Source of the DNA: a candidate division FCPU426 bacterium
Lineage (GTDB): Bacteria; Oederibacteriota; Muellerivitia; Muellerivitales; Muellerivitaceae
DNA length: 64,000 nt
Direction of reading: 5' to 3'
NCBI GenBank assembly: GCA_963796105.1
Contig: CAWCKJ010000004.1
Coordinates: 864,001 to 928,000, forward strand
The position numbers and the translations under genes are program-made. Numbering within the stretch: the first letter of the stretch is position 1; each line of letters starts with the position of its first letter. Shown piece after piece: positions 21,524-31,427 of this stretch. Under the pieces are notes generated by a model, which was not told where the DNA came from, ran no database searches, and saw only the letters and a program-made list of their open reading frames with translations.

Positions 21524-24500
21524 ATATTGGCTGACCCTTATCTTTATTGGAATTGTGCCGGTCCTGGCCTTGTCAGGTTTTTATGTTTGGATGCTTTTCA
21601 ACCAGAGCCAGGTCCAGGCCCCCCAGCCTCCTTCGGGCGCCAAACATACGATTCAAACTTCCATCGACTCCCTCAAGGCTGATGTCCAATCCATCGCTAG
21701 TTCCTTGCTCGACGGCATCAAGAAAACACACGACGATATCAACACATTGTCCGTCCACAACTCGGATGCGGACTTATCCACGTTCAAATCCACCCACCCC
21801 GGCGTCGAGTACATCCTGGTTCTGTCGTCCTTGGGGAGCCTGCAGAAAAGTTTTCCCACGAACTCTTCATTGGCCGACCCCAGTTACGGCAATTCCGACG
21901 AGTTCAAGAATATACTGGAGAAATTCAAAAACAAACCCGGGGAAGCTTACCAGTTTTATTCCCAAAGGCTTGGTTATCCCGCGTTCATCTTCGCGCTTCC
22001 CCTATCCGCGAATACCATCCTGGAAGTTGTCTTCAACTTAGGAAGATTTTTCAAGAGCATGGACGCCATCAGCGGAGATTACTTTCTTTTGGACGCCGGC
22101 TCCGGCCGGTATTTTTACCACTCCAACCCCTCCAAACTTTCCGAGACATTTAATAAAAACCAGGAGCCTTGGCTGAATAAGGTGGTTGCCGATCTTAATG
22201 ACGGCAAGACGGATTCTTCCATCGAGCCTGACCAGGGGAGCGCGGCCGTTTACGCGCCCTTGGGTATCGCTAAATTCGGGGTGGTCCACACGGTTCCTTT
22301 TTCCGTTCTTCAGCCTCCGGAGAAGGTCTCCAAGCCCTCAGCCCAGTATTCTTTGGAAAACCTTCCGCAATTTTTCCAATCGCCCACTGGCATGGAGCTG
22401 ATGATCGCCTTGTTTGTCCTCCTGGCGTGGGTATTCATCGTGGGCGCCCTTTGCTTCGGCATGATCTTAAAACCCCTGCGGAAAGCCTCCGGGCTTATCT
22501 TGAACGCCTCCCAAGGAAGCGGGAAGCTAGCCCCGGAAGCCGTGAGATCGTTCGGGAATGACGAGGTGGGCCAAGTCCTCCAATCCGCGTCCCTTTTAAT
22601 GGCGAAGCTGGAAAAGGAAAAAACCCAAATCAACGAGGAATCTGAGGACGCCCTCCGGCGGGCGCGCTCTCAAATGGATGAGAAAACCAAGGAAGCCGAG
22701 TCACAGGTCGCTTCCGCCCAGCAGCAAGCCCAAACGACCCGAAACGAGCTAAGCGAGAAAAACCAGATGTTAAGCGATAAGTTGAGGGAACTGGACGCCT
22801 TGAAGAACATGTCCGAGGGCCTCCGCAACCAGGTCGAGCAAACCAAGGCGGACAATTCCAAGTTCAAGGCGCAAATTTCCTCCGCCGAGCAGGAAAAAGC
22901 GGACTTTCAGCAGAAGAACTCGGACCTGCAGGCCAAACTCCATGAGATGGAAAACAAACTCCTGTTGGCGGTATCAGCCTCATCGGCCATCCAGGTCTCC
23001 CAAGTCCGCGCGGCCGCGATCCGGACCATGGCGGAGGAGTTCAAGACCACGCTGGGAATCATCAAAGGCTACGTTTCCTCGGCCCTGGGATCAGCCCAAG
23101 GGGGGATCAGCGAGAAACAGCAGGAATTCCTTGGAATGGTCATCAACCGGTCCGCTCGCCTGGAAAAATTCATCAATGATCTCCTGGACGTGTACCAGGT
23201 CGAGGTGGAAATGGAGGACGCCAAGAGGGAAGAAGTCAACCTGGCCGCGGAGATCGAGGGCCTGGCCTTCAATTTCCAGGCTCAAGCCGAGGTGAAGAAC
23301 ATCAAACTGAGGGTGGAGGCCAAACCCAATCTTCCGGCTGTCCCGATCGTGCGAAGGCGCTTCAACCAGCTTTGGAACATCCTTTACCTGCAAGTCATCA
23401 AGGACGCCCCCCGTGGATCGGCTATTCCCATCACGGTGGAATCCCTTGGGGACAATCTCAAGGTCACCTTTCCCGATCCCGGATTAATCGTTGCCCCGGA
23501 CAAGCTTCCAAAACTCTTCGACGAATTTTACGATCCGAAACATCCGGCCTCTCCTCAACTAGCCGGAACGGGACTGAAGTTCGCCTTGGTGAAAACCATC
23601 CTCGGAGCCCACGGGGGAGGGGCGGTCGCGGAAAAGGGGGAAACAGGAACCCTTCTCATCCTGACATTCCCCACGAAGATTAAAAAACCCGGGGAGACGC
23701 CCGTCGCGGCCCCGGCCCCATCCGTGGCAAAGCCTTCCAGCCCGGCCGCTTCTCCCCTCAAGAGCGCTGGGCAGGGAATAGGAGCGGGCAAGCCCGGATT
23801 GATTTTCCCCCCGATGGGATCACCCAAACCTCCCTCCGCCGGAACCCCGTTGGTTACCCCTAAAACCGGAGGCGCCGGCGGAGCCATGGATTCCCTCTTG
23901 GCCGGGAAAATTCCCCCCGTAACGGCTCAACCCCTCAAACCCGCGGGAGCCCCCTCCGGTTCGTCCACAGCGCCTCATAAAGCGGATGAGGGGTCGGATT
24001 TATCCGACATCTTCGCGGGGATTGGAAAAGTGGCGCCTCCTCCGCCTCCTGTTCCCAAGCCAACAGGGCCAGTTCCCGTGAGTCCATCCCCTATTTCGGC
24101 CCCGAAACCCCCTGTTTCCGGGGCATCGGCCCCCAAACCGGCGGCTCCCCCTATGTCCAACATTTCCAACGTTTTGGATTCCCTTTTAGGCAACAAGGAA
24201 GGGGCCCCTCAACAGGGTGGAATCGGCACTCCTCCCCCGGCGGCTCCCAAACCAGTGGCGCCTCCGCCGCCCAAGGTGGTTCCCACCAATTTGAAACCGA
24301 CGGCTCCCCCCTCCGGTATTTTAGACATGGATACTTTGGATACCGTCAAGTTGGACGCGATTCCGGCACCTCCTAAGGTTCCCCTTCCCCCGGGAGTGAA
24401 GCCTCCGGCTCCCCCTATCATGCCGCCGGGAGGACTCAACGCCAATAAGCCAATCGTGAAGGACATCAACAAGGAAGGGGATGGGGAATTGATAGAGTAA
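21513..24500 (+). CDS. Membrane sensor histidine-kinase-like protein with degenerate catalytic motifs, a coiled coil and a Pro-rich tail
   Basis: Two TM segments around an extracytoplasmic domain; HisKA-like MAEEFKTTL...RLEKFINDLLD; HATPase-like LFDEFY...GTGL...AHGG; GGAG RBS inside gyrA. Confidence 0.8.
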   Translation: MKSKYWLTLIFIGIVPVLALSGFYVWMLFNQSQVQAPQPPSGAKHTIQTSIDSLKADVQSIASSLLDGIKKTHDDINTLSVHNSDADLSTFKSTHPGVEYILVLSSLGSLQKSFPTNSSLADPSYGNSDEFKNILEKFKNKPGEAYQFYSQRLGYPAFIFALPLSANTILEVVFNLGRFFKSMDAISGDYFLLDAGSGRYFYHSNPSKLSETFNKNQEPWLNKVVADLNDGKTDSSIEPDQGSAAVYAPLGIAKFGVVHTVPFSVLQPPEKVSKPSAQYSLENLPQFFQSPTGMELMIALFVLLAWVFIVGALCFGMILKPLRKASGLILNASQGSGKLAPEAVRSFGNDEVGQVLQSASLLMAKLEKEKTQINEESEDALRRARSQMDEKTKEAESQVASAQQQAQTTRNELSEKNQMLSDKLRELDALKNMSEGLRNQVEQTKADNSKFKAQISSAEQEKADFQQKNSDLQAKLHEMENKLLLAVSASSAIQVSQVRAAAIRTMAEEFKTTLGIIKGYVSSALGSAQGGISEKQQEFLGMVINRSARLEKFINDLLDVYQVEVEMEDAKREEVNLAAEIEGLAFNFQAQAEVKNIKLRVEAKPNLPAVPIVRRRFNQLWNILYLQVIKDAPRGSAIPITVESLGDNLKVTFPDPGLIVAPDKLPKLFDEFYDPKHPASPQLAGTGLKFALVKTILGAHGGGAVAEKGETGTLLILTFPTKIKKPGETPVAAPAPSVAKPSSPAASPLKSAGQGIGAGKPGLIFPPMGSPKPPSAGTPLVTPKTGGAGGAMDSLLAGKIPPVTAQPLKPAGAPSGSSTAPHKADEGSDLSDIFAGIGKVAPPPPPVPKPTGPVPVSPSPISAPKPPVSGASAPKPAAPPMSNISNVLDSLLGNKEGAPQQGGIGTPPPAAPKPVAPPPPKVVPTNLKPTAPPSGILDMDTLDTVKLDAIPAPPKVPLPPGVKPPAPPIMPPGGLNANKPIVKDINKEGDGELIE

Positions 24501-24530
24501 TTCCCTTGATCCGAATTTGAATCATCAGGA

Positions 24531-24558
24531 AAAGACCCTGTTCCAGCAGGGTTTTTTC
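24531..24558 (+). terminator. Rho-independent terminator
   Basis: AAGACCCTG-loop-CAGGGTTTT followed by further Ts. Confidence 0.8.
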
Positions 24559-24643
24559 ATTTCCGCAGGAACACATAAAGCGCCAAAGGTAAAAAGGAAT
24601 TTTAAAAGTCCATTTTTAACAATCTAACTTATAAGTTGAGACC

Positions 24644-25564
24644 ATGATTCCAACATCGATAACCCGGAAATATATTTCCCCGGCAAAAAGCCGGTATCCC
24701 CTGGCCAAGGAAATCCTTCGGAAAAGACTCCGTTCTTATAACGCCGGGATCATCGGGCCCCGCAGGATGAGACTTCTGGGCGTCGGGATTAAAAGCCCCG
24801 GGGGACGGGTCGTGGGGGCCTTGACCGGTTACAGGGTCGGCGATTGGTTTTATATCAGCCAGATGTGGATTGACCGCGGGTATCGCGGGCGGGGATTAGG
24901 AACCTGGGTGGTTCAAAAGGCCGAGAAGGAAGCTTTTAAAAGAGGCTGCCGGCACGCCTTCCTGGAAACCATCAGTTTTCAAGCGCCGGGGTTTTATTCC
25001 AAGCTGGGCTACAAGCCATTCGGGAGCCTGAAGAATTGCCCGGAAGGTTTTTCCTTCCATTGTTTTTTCAAGCGGTTGAGGAGCAATAAAAACCCCGCGG
25101 CCGGCAGCCATGCGCCGGAAAAAAGGAGAAAGGCTTTACCGGGTTTTAAGCTGTTTTCGGGCGGTGGATTCGAGGTCCGAAAAGCCAGGGATTTGATCCA
25201 AAAGCGCTTGGATTCTTTCAATTTCCGGAAAACGGGAAGGTCCCATTACAAGGAACTTTGGCTGGAGGTCCGGAATAAGAAGGGACGCCTGGTGGGAGGA
25301 TTGTCCGGAAGCACTTTCTGGGGTTGGCTGCAACTCGACTTGTTGTGGGCGGACCTTGGGGCCCGAGGTCAAGGTTTTGGGAAGAAAATGATCCTCATGG
25401 CGGAAAGCGAGGCCCTCAAGAGGGATTCGCCTAATGTTTACTTGAAATTTTACAGTTTCCAATCCGAGGGATTTTTCAAAAAGCTGGGGTATCGGGCTTT
25501 CGCCCGGTTGAGGGGGTTCCCAAAAGGATATTCCTATTGTTATTACTTCAAAAAGCTAAAATAA
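24644..25564 (+). CDS. Tandem GNAT-domain acetyltransferase
   Basis: Two repeats of W...RG.G.G...AE.EA..R and SFQ..GF..KLGY. Confidence 0.88.
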   Translation: MIPTSITRKYISPAKSRYPLAKEILRKRLRSYNAGIIGPRRMRLLGVGIKSPGGRVVGALTGYRVGDWFYISQMWIDRGYRGRGLGTWVVQKAEKEAFKRGCRHAFLETISFQAPGFYSKLGYKPFGSLKNCPEGFSFHCFFKRLRSNKNPAAGSHAPEKRRKALPGFKLFSGGGFEVRKARDLIQKRLDSFNFRKTGRSHYKELWLEVRNKKGRLVGGLSGSTFWGWLQLDLLWADLGARGQGFGKKMILMAESEALKRDSPNVYLKFYSFQSEGFFKKLGYRAFARLRGFPKGYSYCYYFKKLK

Positions 25565-25571
25565 CCGTAGG

Positions 25572-26666
25572 ATGAACCGTCATCCCGGGAAACCGGACGA
25601 TCGTTCGGAACAAAGGAATGTAGTGAGTCAACCCAACAAAAAAATCATCGTGGTTTTGTTCCTCTTCGTCGCGGGGATCATGATCCTGGGGCTTGTGACC
25701 GCCTTCTTCAGCGACCTGCCGAAACTCGCCGGGGTTTTTCATTCCATAAAAATAGAGCCCCTTCTCTTTTCCTTGATGTGCACCTCCACCGCGTACCTGG
25801 CTTTCACCCTGTCCTTCAGCAGTCTCTTTAAGATGACGCCTTACCAAGTCCCATTCGGGAAGTTTTTTTCCATCATGTTCATCTCCGCCACCATCAACTT
25901 CATCCTTTCCTCCGGCGGCTGGGCTGGCATCGCCCTCCGGTCCTTTCTTTTGAAACAGCATAAGATCCCCTACTCGGTCACGGTTCCCCTATCCTTCGCG
26001 CAAAACATGGTTTTCAACCTGGTGCTTTCCTGCGTGTGTTTCGGGGGTCTGGTGTTTCTCCGCCAGCACCCGGAGTTTATCGGGGGCTCCCGGGAATACA
26101 TCATCCTGATGTTCATGCTGGGCCTGGTCCTGCTCGTGGGGACCATGGTCCTGATCTTCATGAACGGCTCCTTCCGCCGGTGGTTCCTGCGGCAGGTCCT
26201 TCGCATCGCCCATGGGTTCAACCATAAAATCCTCCGGCGGGAATCGAACAACCAAAGGCTCGTGGAAATCCGAAACAACCTGGACGAAACCATCCGGTAT
26301 TTCCACAAGGGGAAACTTCAGCTCCTGGTGGTCTTGTTCTGGGTCTCGATGGACTGGTGTTTCACGGCGCTGGTCCTTTATTTTTGTTTCCAATCCGTGG
26401 GCGTGGACCTGCCTCCGGGGCTTCTCATGGTGGGCTTCACCATTTTTTTCCTGACGTCCAACATCAATCCCGTCCCCGCCGGTTTGGGGGTCAGCGAGGT
26501 CGCCCTCGCCGGGGCCTTCAGCCTCTTGGGAGTGGGGTTTGAGAAGGCGATGGTGGCTGCGCTCCTGTTCAGGTTCGTTTTTTTCCTCCTTCCCTTGGCC
26601 GTATCCACGGCCCTTTACCTGGATACCATGAGAAGTTTCCTTCTCAACCAAGCACGGGAGTCTTAA
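25572..26666 (+). CDS. Lysylphosphatidylglycerol synthase-like TM domain protein (flippase-like, UPF0104)
   Basis: Multi-TM protein; PVPAGLGVSE...AALLFR motif. Confidence 0.8.
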   Translation: MNRHPGKPDDRSEQRNVVSQPNKKIIVVLFLFVAGIMILGLVTAFFSDLPKLAGVFHSIKIEPLLFSLMCTSTAYLAFTLSFSSLFKMTPYQVPFGKFFSIMFISATINFILSSGGWAGIALRSFLLKQHKIPYSVTVPLSFAQNMVFNLVLSCVCFGGLVFLRQHPEFIGGSREYIILMFMLGLVLLVGTMVLIFMNGSFRRWFLRQVLRIAHGFNHKILRRESNNQRLVEIRNNLDETIRYFHKGKLQLLVVLFWVSMDWCFTALVLYFCFQSVGVDLPPGLLMVGFTIFFLTSNINPVPAGLGVSEVALAGAFSLLGVGFEKAMVAALLFRFVFFLLPLAVSTALYLDTMRSFLLNQARES

Positions 26667-26829
26667 GCCGTCCAGAGATTTTTCACCGCTCGGTATCCCG
26701 CCCGTCCCAAGGGTATTCCCAAGAGCCGATATACCATCCCCAGCCGCCAACACACCCAGCCCAAAAGGGCGTCAAAACCCTGTAAATAAGCCATTTCGAA
26801 GGAATTTTGGTATTGAGAACAATTTCCAT

Positions 26830-26858
26830 TTGACGTGATACGAACTGGCTCATATAAT
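26830..26858 (+). promoter_or_regulatory. Sigma70 promoter of the sigma-hspR-degP operon
   Basis: TTGACG-N17-TATAAT. Confidence 0.8.
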
Positions 26859-26930
26859 CTGTTTAATAGTTAACAGTTAATCGCATTTGCGAATAGAAGG
26901 ACATCTAAGCTTAACATTGGGGAGAAAGAC

Positions 26931-27782
26931 ATGGAAAAATCATCGTTTGTCAGCGAAGAAAAATCAGTCGGGACCTATCTGAAAGAGATAGCCAGGATTT
27001 CTCTTTTGACTCCCGAGGAAGAAAAGTCCATCAGCCGCAGCGCCCGGAAGGGTGACGAGGCTGCCATGAACAGGATGGTGGAGTCGAACCTGCGGTTCGT
27101 GGTCTCGGTGGCCAAGGGCTTCCGGAACAGGGGCCTTTCCTTCCTGGACCTCATCAACGAGGGCAACTTGGGATTGATCAAGGCAGCCAAGACCTATGAC
27201 CCCGAGAGGGGCGTAAGGTTCGTCTCCTACGCCGTATGGTGGATCCGCCAGTCCATCCTGGCGGCCATATTGGATAAGGGGAATATGGTGCGCATCCCGC
27301 AGAGCCAATCCAAGAAAATCCGGAAAATCAACAAGCAGGTGGACGCAATGAGGCAAAAAGCCAAGAAGCCCGTTTCGGACCTGGATGTCATGAAGAAAAC
27401 TGGGATCGACCGGGAGACCTTGACCGAGGTCCAGGAATTCGCCTACGGTTACCTGAGCCTGGACACGACCCATATCGGGGAAAGCGAGCGCCCGATCATC
27501 GAGTTCTTGAGGGACCCCAAGGACCAGGAATCCTTCGAGCGGGAAATCATGGACAAGGACCTCTCGGAGAAACTTTGGAAGGCCCTGCAGGTCCTGGACA
27601 AGCGCGACGGACAAATCCTCGTCTGGCGCTACGGCCTCGACGGCCGGGGACAGAAGACCCTGGACGAGATAGGCCAGAAGTTGAAAATTTCCAAGGAAAG
27701 GGTCCGGCAGATCGAGGAGCGGGCCATGAGGAAGGTCCGGGGCTCGAAGGAAGCCGACCACTTGAGGGATTATTTTTCTTGA
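26931..27782 (+). CDS. RpoD/SigA-like sigma70 factor lacking region 1.1
   Basis: YLKEI, NLRFVVSVAK, DLINEGNLGL, SYAVWWIRQ and TLDEIG...SKERVRQIE. Confidence 0.93.
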   Translation: MEKSSFVSEEKSVGTYLKEIARISLLTPEEEKSISRSARKGDEAAMNRMVESNLRFVVSVAKGFRNRGLSFLDLINEGNLGLIKAAKTYDPERGVRFVSYAVWWIRQSILAAILDKGNMVRIPQSQSKKIRKINKQVDAMRQKAKKPVSDLDVMKKTGIDRETLTEVQEFAYGYLSLDTTHIGESERPIIEFLRDPKDQESFEREIMDKDLSEKLWKALQVLDKRDGQILVWRYGLDGRGQKTLDEIGQKLKISKERVRQIEERAMRKVRGSKEADHLRDYFS

Positions 27783-27792
27783 GAAAATATAA

Positions 27793-28158
27793 ATGAACGT
27801 CCCCCCAGAACATCCGCTTTACACGATCAGCGTGGTGGCCGAGCTGTTGGGCCTCCATGAGCAGACCATCCGCCAGTACGAGCGGTTAGGTTTGATCTGC
27901 CCCTGCAGGACCATCCGGAAAACCAGGCTCTATTCCCAGTTGGACGTGGAACGGCTCGAAAGCATCACGTACCTCGTCAAAACCTGCGGAGTGAATATTT
28001 CGGGCGTCAAGATCGTCATCAACTTGTCGTCCAATCACCCGGATATCGACGACTTGCTGAGGAAAAAATCCATCACCGCCCAGGCCAAAAAAGAGGCCGG
28101 GCCTGATGAACAACCGGAGGTATTTAATGAGAAACAGAAACGGCAGAAAAAAAAATAA
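27793..28158 (+). CDS. hspR: MerR-family regulator, HspR-like
   Basis: PLYTISVVAELLGLHEQTIRQYERLGLI.P.RT...TRLYS..DVE...GVNISG. Confidence 0.8.
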   Translation: MNVPPEHPLYTISVVAELLGLHEQTIRQYERLGLICPCRTIRKTRLYSQLDVERLESITYLVKTCGVNISGVKIVINLSSNHPDIDDLLRKKSITAQAKKEAGPDEQPEVFNEKQKRQKKK

Positions 28159-29665
28159 GACGGTTTACCGGAAGGCCGCGGTCCTAGCCGCCCTGCTTCT
28201 GGCATGCGCGATTCTTCCCTTTAACGCCGGTTCGGCGACGTTGCGCCTGGGACAAGGGGAGGCCCCGGTGCAGTTGTCGCCCAACAACCCGGCCGTGGCG
28301 CTCCAGAACGCCTTTATCGACGTGGCCGCCGCCATCAGCCCCGCGGTAGTCAATATCAGCGTCGAGTGGACCGAGGATATCCGGGGCTTCAACGATTTCG
28401 GCAACATGGACAATTTCTTCAATTACTTCTTCTACGGGCCCCAGGGCGCGCCCCGCCAAAGGATGTTCAAGCAGAAACAACGCAGCCTGGGGTCGGGGTT
28501 CATCGTGACCGAGGACGGCTATATCATGACCAACGCCCACGTCGTGAGCAAGGCCGAGAAAGTGACGGTCACCCTCGAGGACGGAACTTCCTACCCGGCC
28601 AAGATCATCGGCAAGGACGAGAAAATCGACATCGCCGTGGTGAAGATCGCCGCCGCCGACAAGAAGTTCCCGCATGTAGTTCTGGGCGACTCCGACGCCC
28701 TCAAGGTGGGGGAATGGGCCATCGCGGTGGGAAACCCCTTTGGGCTTGACCATACGGTCACGACCGGCGTCATTTCGGCCAAGGGCAGGAGCGTGGAGAT
28801 CAGCCAGGACCAAGGCATGCAAAACTACATCCAAACCGATGCCTCCATTAACCCTGGGAACTCCGGAGGACCCCTTTGCAACATCAAGGGTGAGGTCATC
28901 GGCATCGACAGCGCCATCTACAGCCAATCGGGGGGCTCCATCGGCATAGGTTTCGCCATCCCCTCCAATATCGCGCGCAAGGCAGCGGAGGACCTCGTCA
29001 ACAAAGGAAAGATCGTCCGCGCTGGCTTGGGGGCCATGATCCAGTCGCTCAACGCCAAAATGGCGAAAAGCTTCGGGTTAACCTCGACGGAGGGCGCGCT
29101 TATTTCCAGCGTCAATCCGGGGAGCGCCGCCGAGAAGGCGGGATTGAAGCCCGGCGACATCATTTTGAAGGTCAACGGAACCCAGGTGGTGAATATGGGG
29201 GATTTGGTGGCCAAGCTCTACACTTACCAGCCAGGCGAGACCGTCCAACTCACGGTCATGCGAAATGGGGCCAGCTCGGAAATTCCCGTGACCCTGCAGG
29301 AATTGGATGAGGCCAGCCTGAAAAAGGGTTCCGGCAAACCGGACGAGGGCGATAAAACCCCCGGCGCTGGCCAAAACGACAACCTAGGCCTGGCCTTCCA
29401 GGACCAGACCGCGGATATCAAGAGCCAGCTTCCGGAAAACGCCCCGAAAGGGCCTGTCATCACCGAGGTGGATCCCCAGGGACCGGCGGCCCAGGCGGGT
29501 TTACAGCAGGGCGACATCATCTTGAACCTGGAAAACACAAAGGTTTATTCCGCGAGCCAATTGACAGTCTTGTTGAAAAAGAGCGATTTGAAGAACGGGG
29601 TCCGCCTATTCGTCTGGCGGGACGGCATGACCCTCTACGCCTTGCTTCAAACGGGGGATGAGTAA
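28127..29665 (+). CDS. degP: HtrA/DegP-family serine protease with two PDZ domains
   Basis: TNAHV, DIAV and QTDASINPGNSGGPL catalytic motifs; signal peptide; GGAGG RBS. Confidence 0.93.
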   Translation: MRNRNGRKKNKTVYRKAAVLAALLLACAILPFNAGSATLRLGQGEAPVQLSPNNPAVALQNAFIDVAAAISPAVVNISVEWTEDIRGFNDFGNMDNFFNYFFYGPQGAPRQRMFKQKQRSLGSGFIVTEDGYIMTNAHVVSKAEKVTVTLEDGTSYPAKIIGKDEKIDIAVVKIAAADKKFPHVVLGDSDALKVGEWAIAVGNPFGLDHTVTTGVISAKGRSVEISQDQGMQNYIQTDASINPGNSGGPLCNIKGEVIGIDSAIYSQSGGSIGIGFAIPSNIARKAAEDLVNKGKIVRAGLGAMIQSLNAKMAKSFGLTSTEGALISSVNPGSAAEKAGLKPGDIILKVNGTQVVNMGDLVAKLYTYQPGETVQLTVMRNGASSEIPVTLQELDEASLKKGSGKPDEGDKTPGAGQNDNLGLAFQDQTADIKSQLPENAPKGPVITEVDPQGPAAQAGLQQGDIILNLENTKVYSASQLTVLLKKSDLKNGVRLFVWRDGMTLYALLQTGDE

Positions 29666-29690
29666 TAAAAATTTAAAATATCGTAAAATC

Positions 29691-29727
29691 AAAAAGCCCT
29701 GGGATTCTCAGGGCTTTTTTTATTTTT
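29691..29727 (+). terminator. Rho-independent terminator
   Basis: AAAAGCCCTG-loop-CAGGGCTTTT plus a T-tract. Confidence 0.85.
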
Positions 29728-29742
29728 CAGTATTGTCTAGCT

Positions 29743-29795
29743 GTCATTGCGATGAGTTGCCGATGAATAAGCGGCTGATAACGAAGAAGCAACCC
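29743..29795 (+). repeat. GTCATTGCGAG-type palindromic repeat, left arm
   Basis: Similar to 36581-36633 and 51343-51468. Confidence 0.75.
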
Positions 29796-29900
29796 AAGTT
29801 TAATAAAATCTTCCTAATCCTCTAAAATCGCTAAACATATCCCGGTTGAAGAGTAGAATATTCCCCACTTGTATTTCCCATTCCTCCCAAAGGATAAAAA

Positions 29901-31046
29901 ATGCCGACCTTTCAGGATGATCTCGACTTCCTCAAGAACCACACGGACATTCATGTCTTAACCGACGGCAAGGGCCATGAGGTGGCGGTGGCTCCAAAGC
30001 TCCAAGGGCGGGTCTTTACCAGCACTTTGGGGGGCTCCAAGGGGATGAGCTACGGCTGGATCAATAGGGTACTCATCGCTTCGGGAATATCCATGCCTCA
30101 CTTCAACGCCTATGGGGGGGAAGACCGTTTCTGGCTGGGGCCGGAAGGCGGTCAATACGCCCTGTTCTTCGCGCCAGGGACCCCCTTTGACCTGGAGCAC
30201 TCCTACGTTCCGGTCCCTTTTGACAAGGAGCCGTTCGAGGTCGTCGAAAAAGACAACAGGCGCATCCGCCATAGGAAAGAAATGACTCTTCCCAATTACG
30301 CCGGGTTCACATTCCAGGCGGAGCTGGACCGCAGGATTCACTTGCTGGGGGATGACCGGATCTATTCCGAGTTGGGATTGGAAGCGCCAGGCTTGTTCGC
30401 CGTGGGTTTTGAGTCGGTCAACCGATTGAAAAACACGGGAAAGGAAGCCTGGAAGAGGGAAAAGGGGCTGGTCTCCATTTGGATTCTCGGAATGTTCCAG
30501 CCTTCACCCTATTCCCGCGTGGTGATCCCATTCCTGGAGGGGCCGGAGAACGAATTGGGCTCCATTGTGAACGATTCCTATTTCGGGAAGGTCCCGGCGG
30601 ACCGCATCAAGGCGGGGAAGAACGCGGTATATTTCAGCGGGGATGGGCTTTGCCGAAGCAAGATCGGGATATCGCCCAAGAGGGCCAAGCCGGTCCTGGG
30701 TTCCTGGGACTCGAAAAACGGGGTCCTCACAGTGGTTCGTTATACCCTGCCGCATCCCCCTAAGGTTTACGTGAACTCCATGTGGGAAATCCAGAAGGAC
30801 CCTTACGGCGGGGACGTCGTGAACAGTTACAACGACGGGCCGCCGGAGCCGGGGAAGAAACCCCAAGGGCCATTTTATGAGTTGGAAACATCCTCCCCCG
30901 CAGGGGTCTTGGCTCCTGGGGAAACCCTGGAACATGTCCACAAGACTTACCATTTCACGGGCGACCGGGCGGCGTTGGACCGGACTTCGAAACAATTATT
31001 CGGCGCGGGGCTGGAGGAGATCGAGAAAGCCCTCCCGGTTAAATAG
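29901..31046 (+). CDS. Conserved hypothetical protein (DUF6786-like)
   Basis: QGRVFTS, GGEDRFWLGPEGG, NSYNDGP and FYELETSSP motifs; family name from recall. Confidence 0.7.
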   Translation: MPTFQDDLDFLKNHTDIHVLTDGKGHEVAVAPKLQGRVFTSTLGGSKGMSYGWINRVLIASGISMPHFNAYGGEDRFWLGPEGGQYALFFAPGTPFDLEHSYVPVPFDKEPFEVVEKDNRRIRHRKEMTLPNYAGFTFQAELDRRIHLLGDDRIYSELGLEAPGLFAVGFESVNRLKNTGKEAWKREKGLVSIWILGMFQPSPYSRVVIPFLEGPENELGSIVNDSYFGKVPADRIKAGKNAVYFSGDGLCRSKIGISPKRAKPVLGSWDSKNGVLTVVRYTLPHPPKVYVNSMWEIQKDPYGGDVVNSYNDGPPEPGKKPQGPFYELETSSPAGVLAPGETLEHVHKTYHFTGDRAALDRTSKQLFGAGLEEIEKALPVK

Positions 31047-31223
31047 TTTCTTGGGACAAGTTTTTAAAGGGTGACAGGCTTGCTTTTCCGTTCTCCTGGG
31101 CCCCATCATATTGTGAAAACAAACATTTGTAATCTTTGCCACAGATTCAGGGGTACACTCAGATTGGCTAAAGTAAAAAGGCTTTAAATTTTTATGTTTA
31201 TTAAATCCCATGAATCCCATGCA

Positions 31224-31298
31224 TGCCAGCCTTCCATAAATCTAATAAGGCGGCTGGTATCGTACCGATTTCATTAACTGCTTTATTGTGAATCGGCA
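31224..31298 (+). repeat. Two-hairpin MITE-like element, copy A
   Basis: CA|TGCCAGCC...GGCTGGTA-TC-GTACCGATT...AATCGGCA|CA. Confidence 0.9.
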
Positions 31299-31427
31299 CA
31301 TTCGTGGCTAAGTTTATTTTTGGACGGTGTAAAAATTTTTGGTTTTTCCTTACTGTACCTTTGTGGTTCCGAAGGAACCTGTGGTGGATATAGTTTTTAT
31401 TAGTGTCTGTAACGAAAGGATTTAAGG

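Noticed and set aside
26783..26930. HAIR operator for HspR
   Set aside because: No CTTGAGT-N7-ACTCAAG-like repeat with correct spacing
25989..27761. Long antisense ORFs 25989-26753 and 26964-27761
   Set aside because: Shadows of GC-rich sense genes; no motifs
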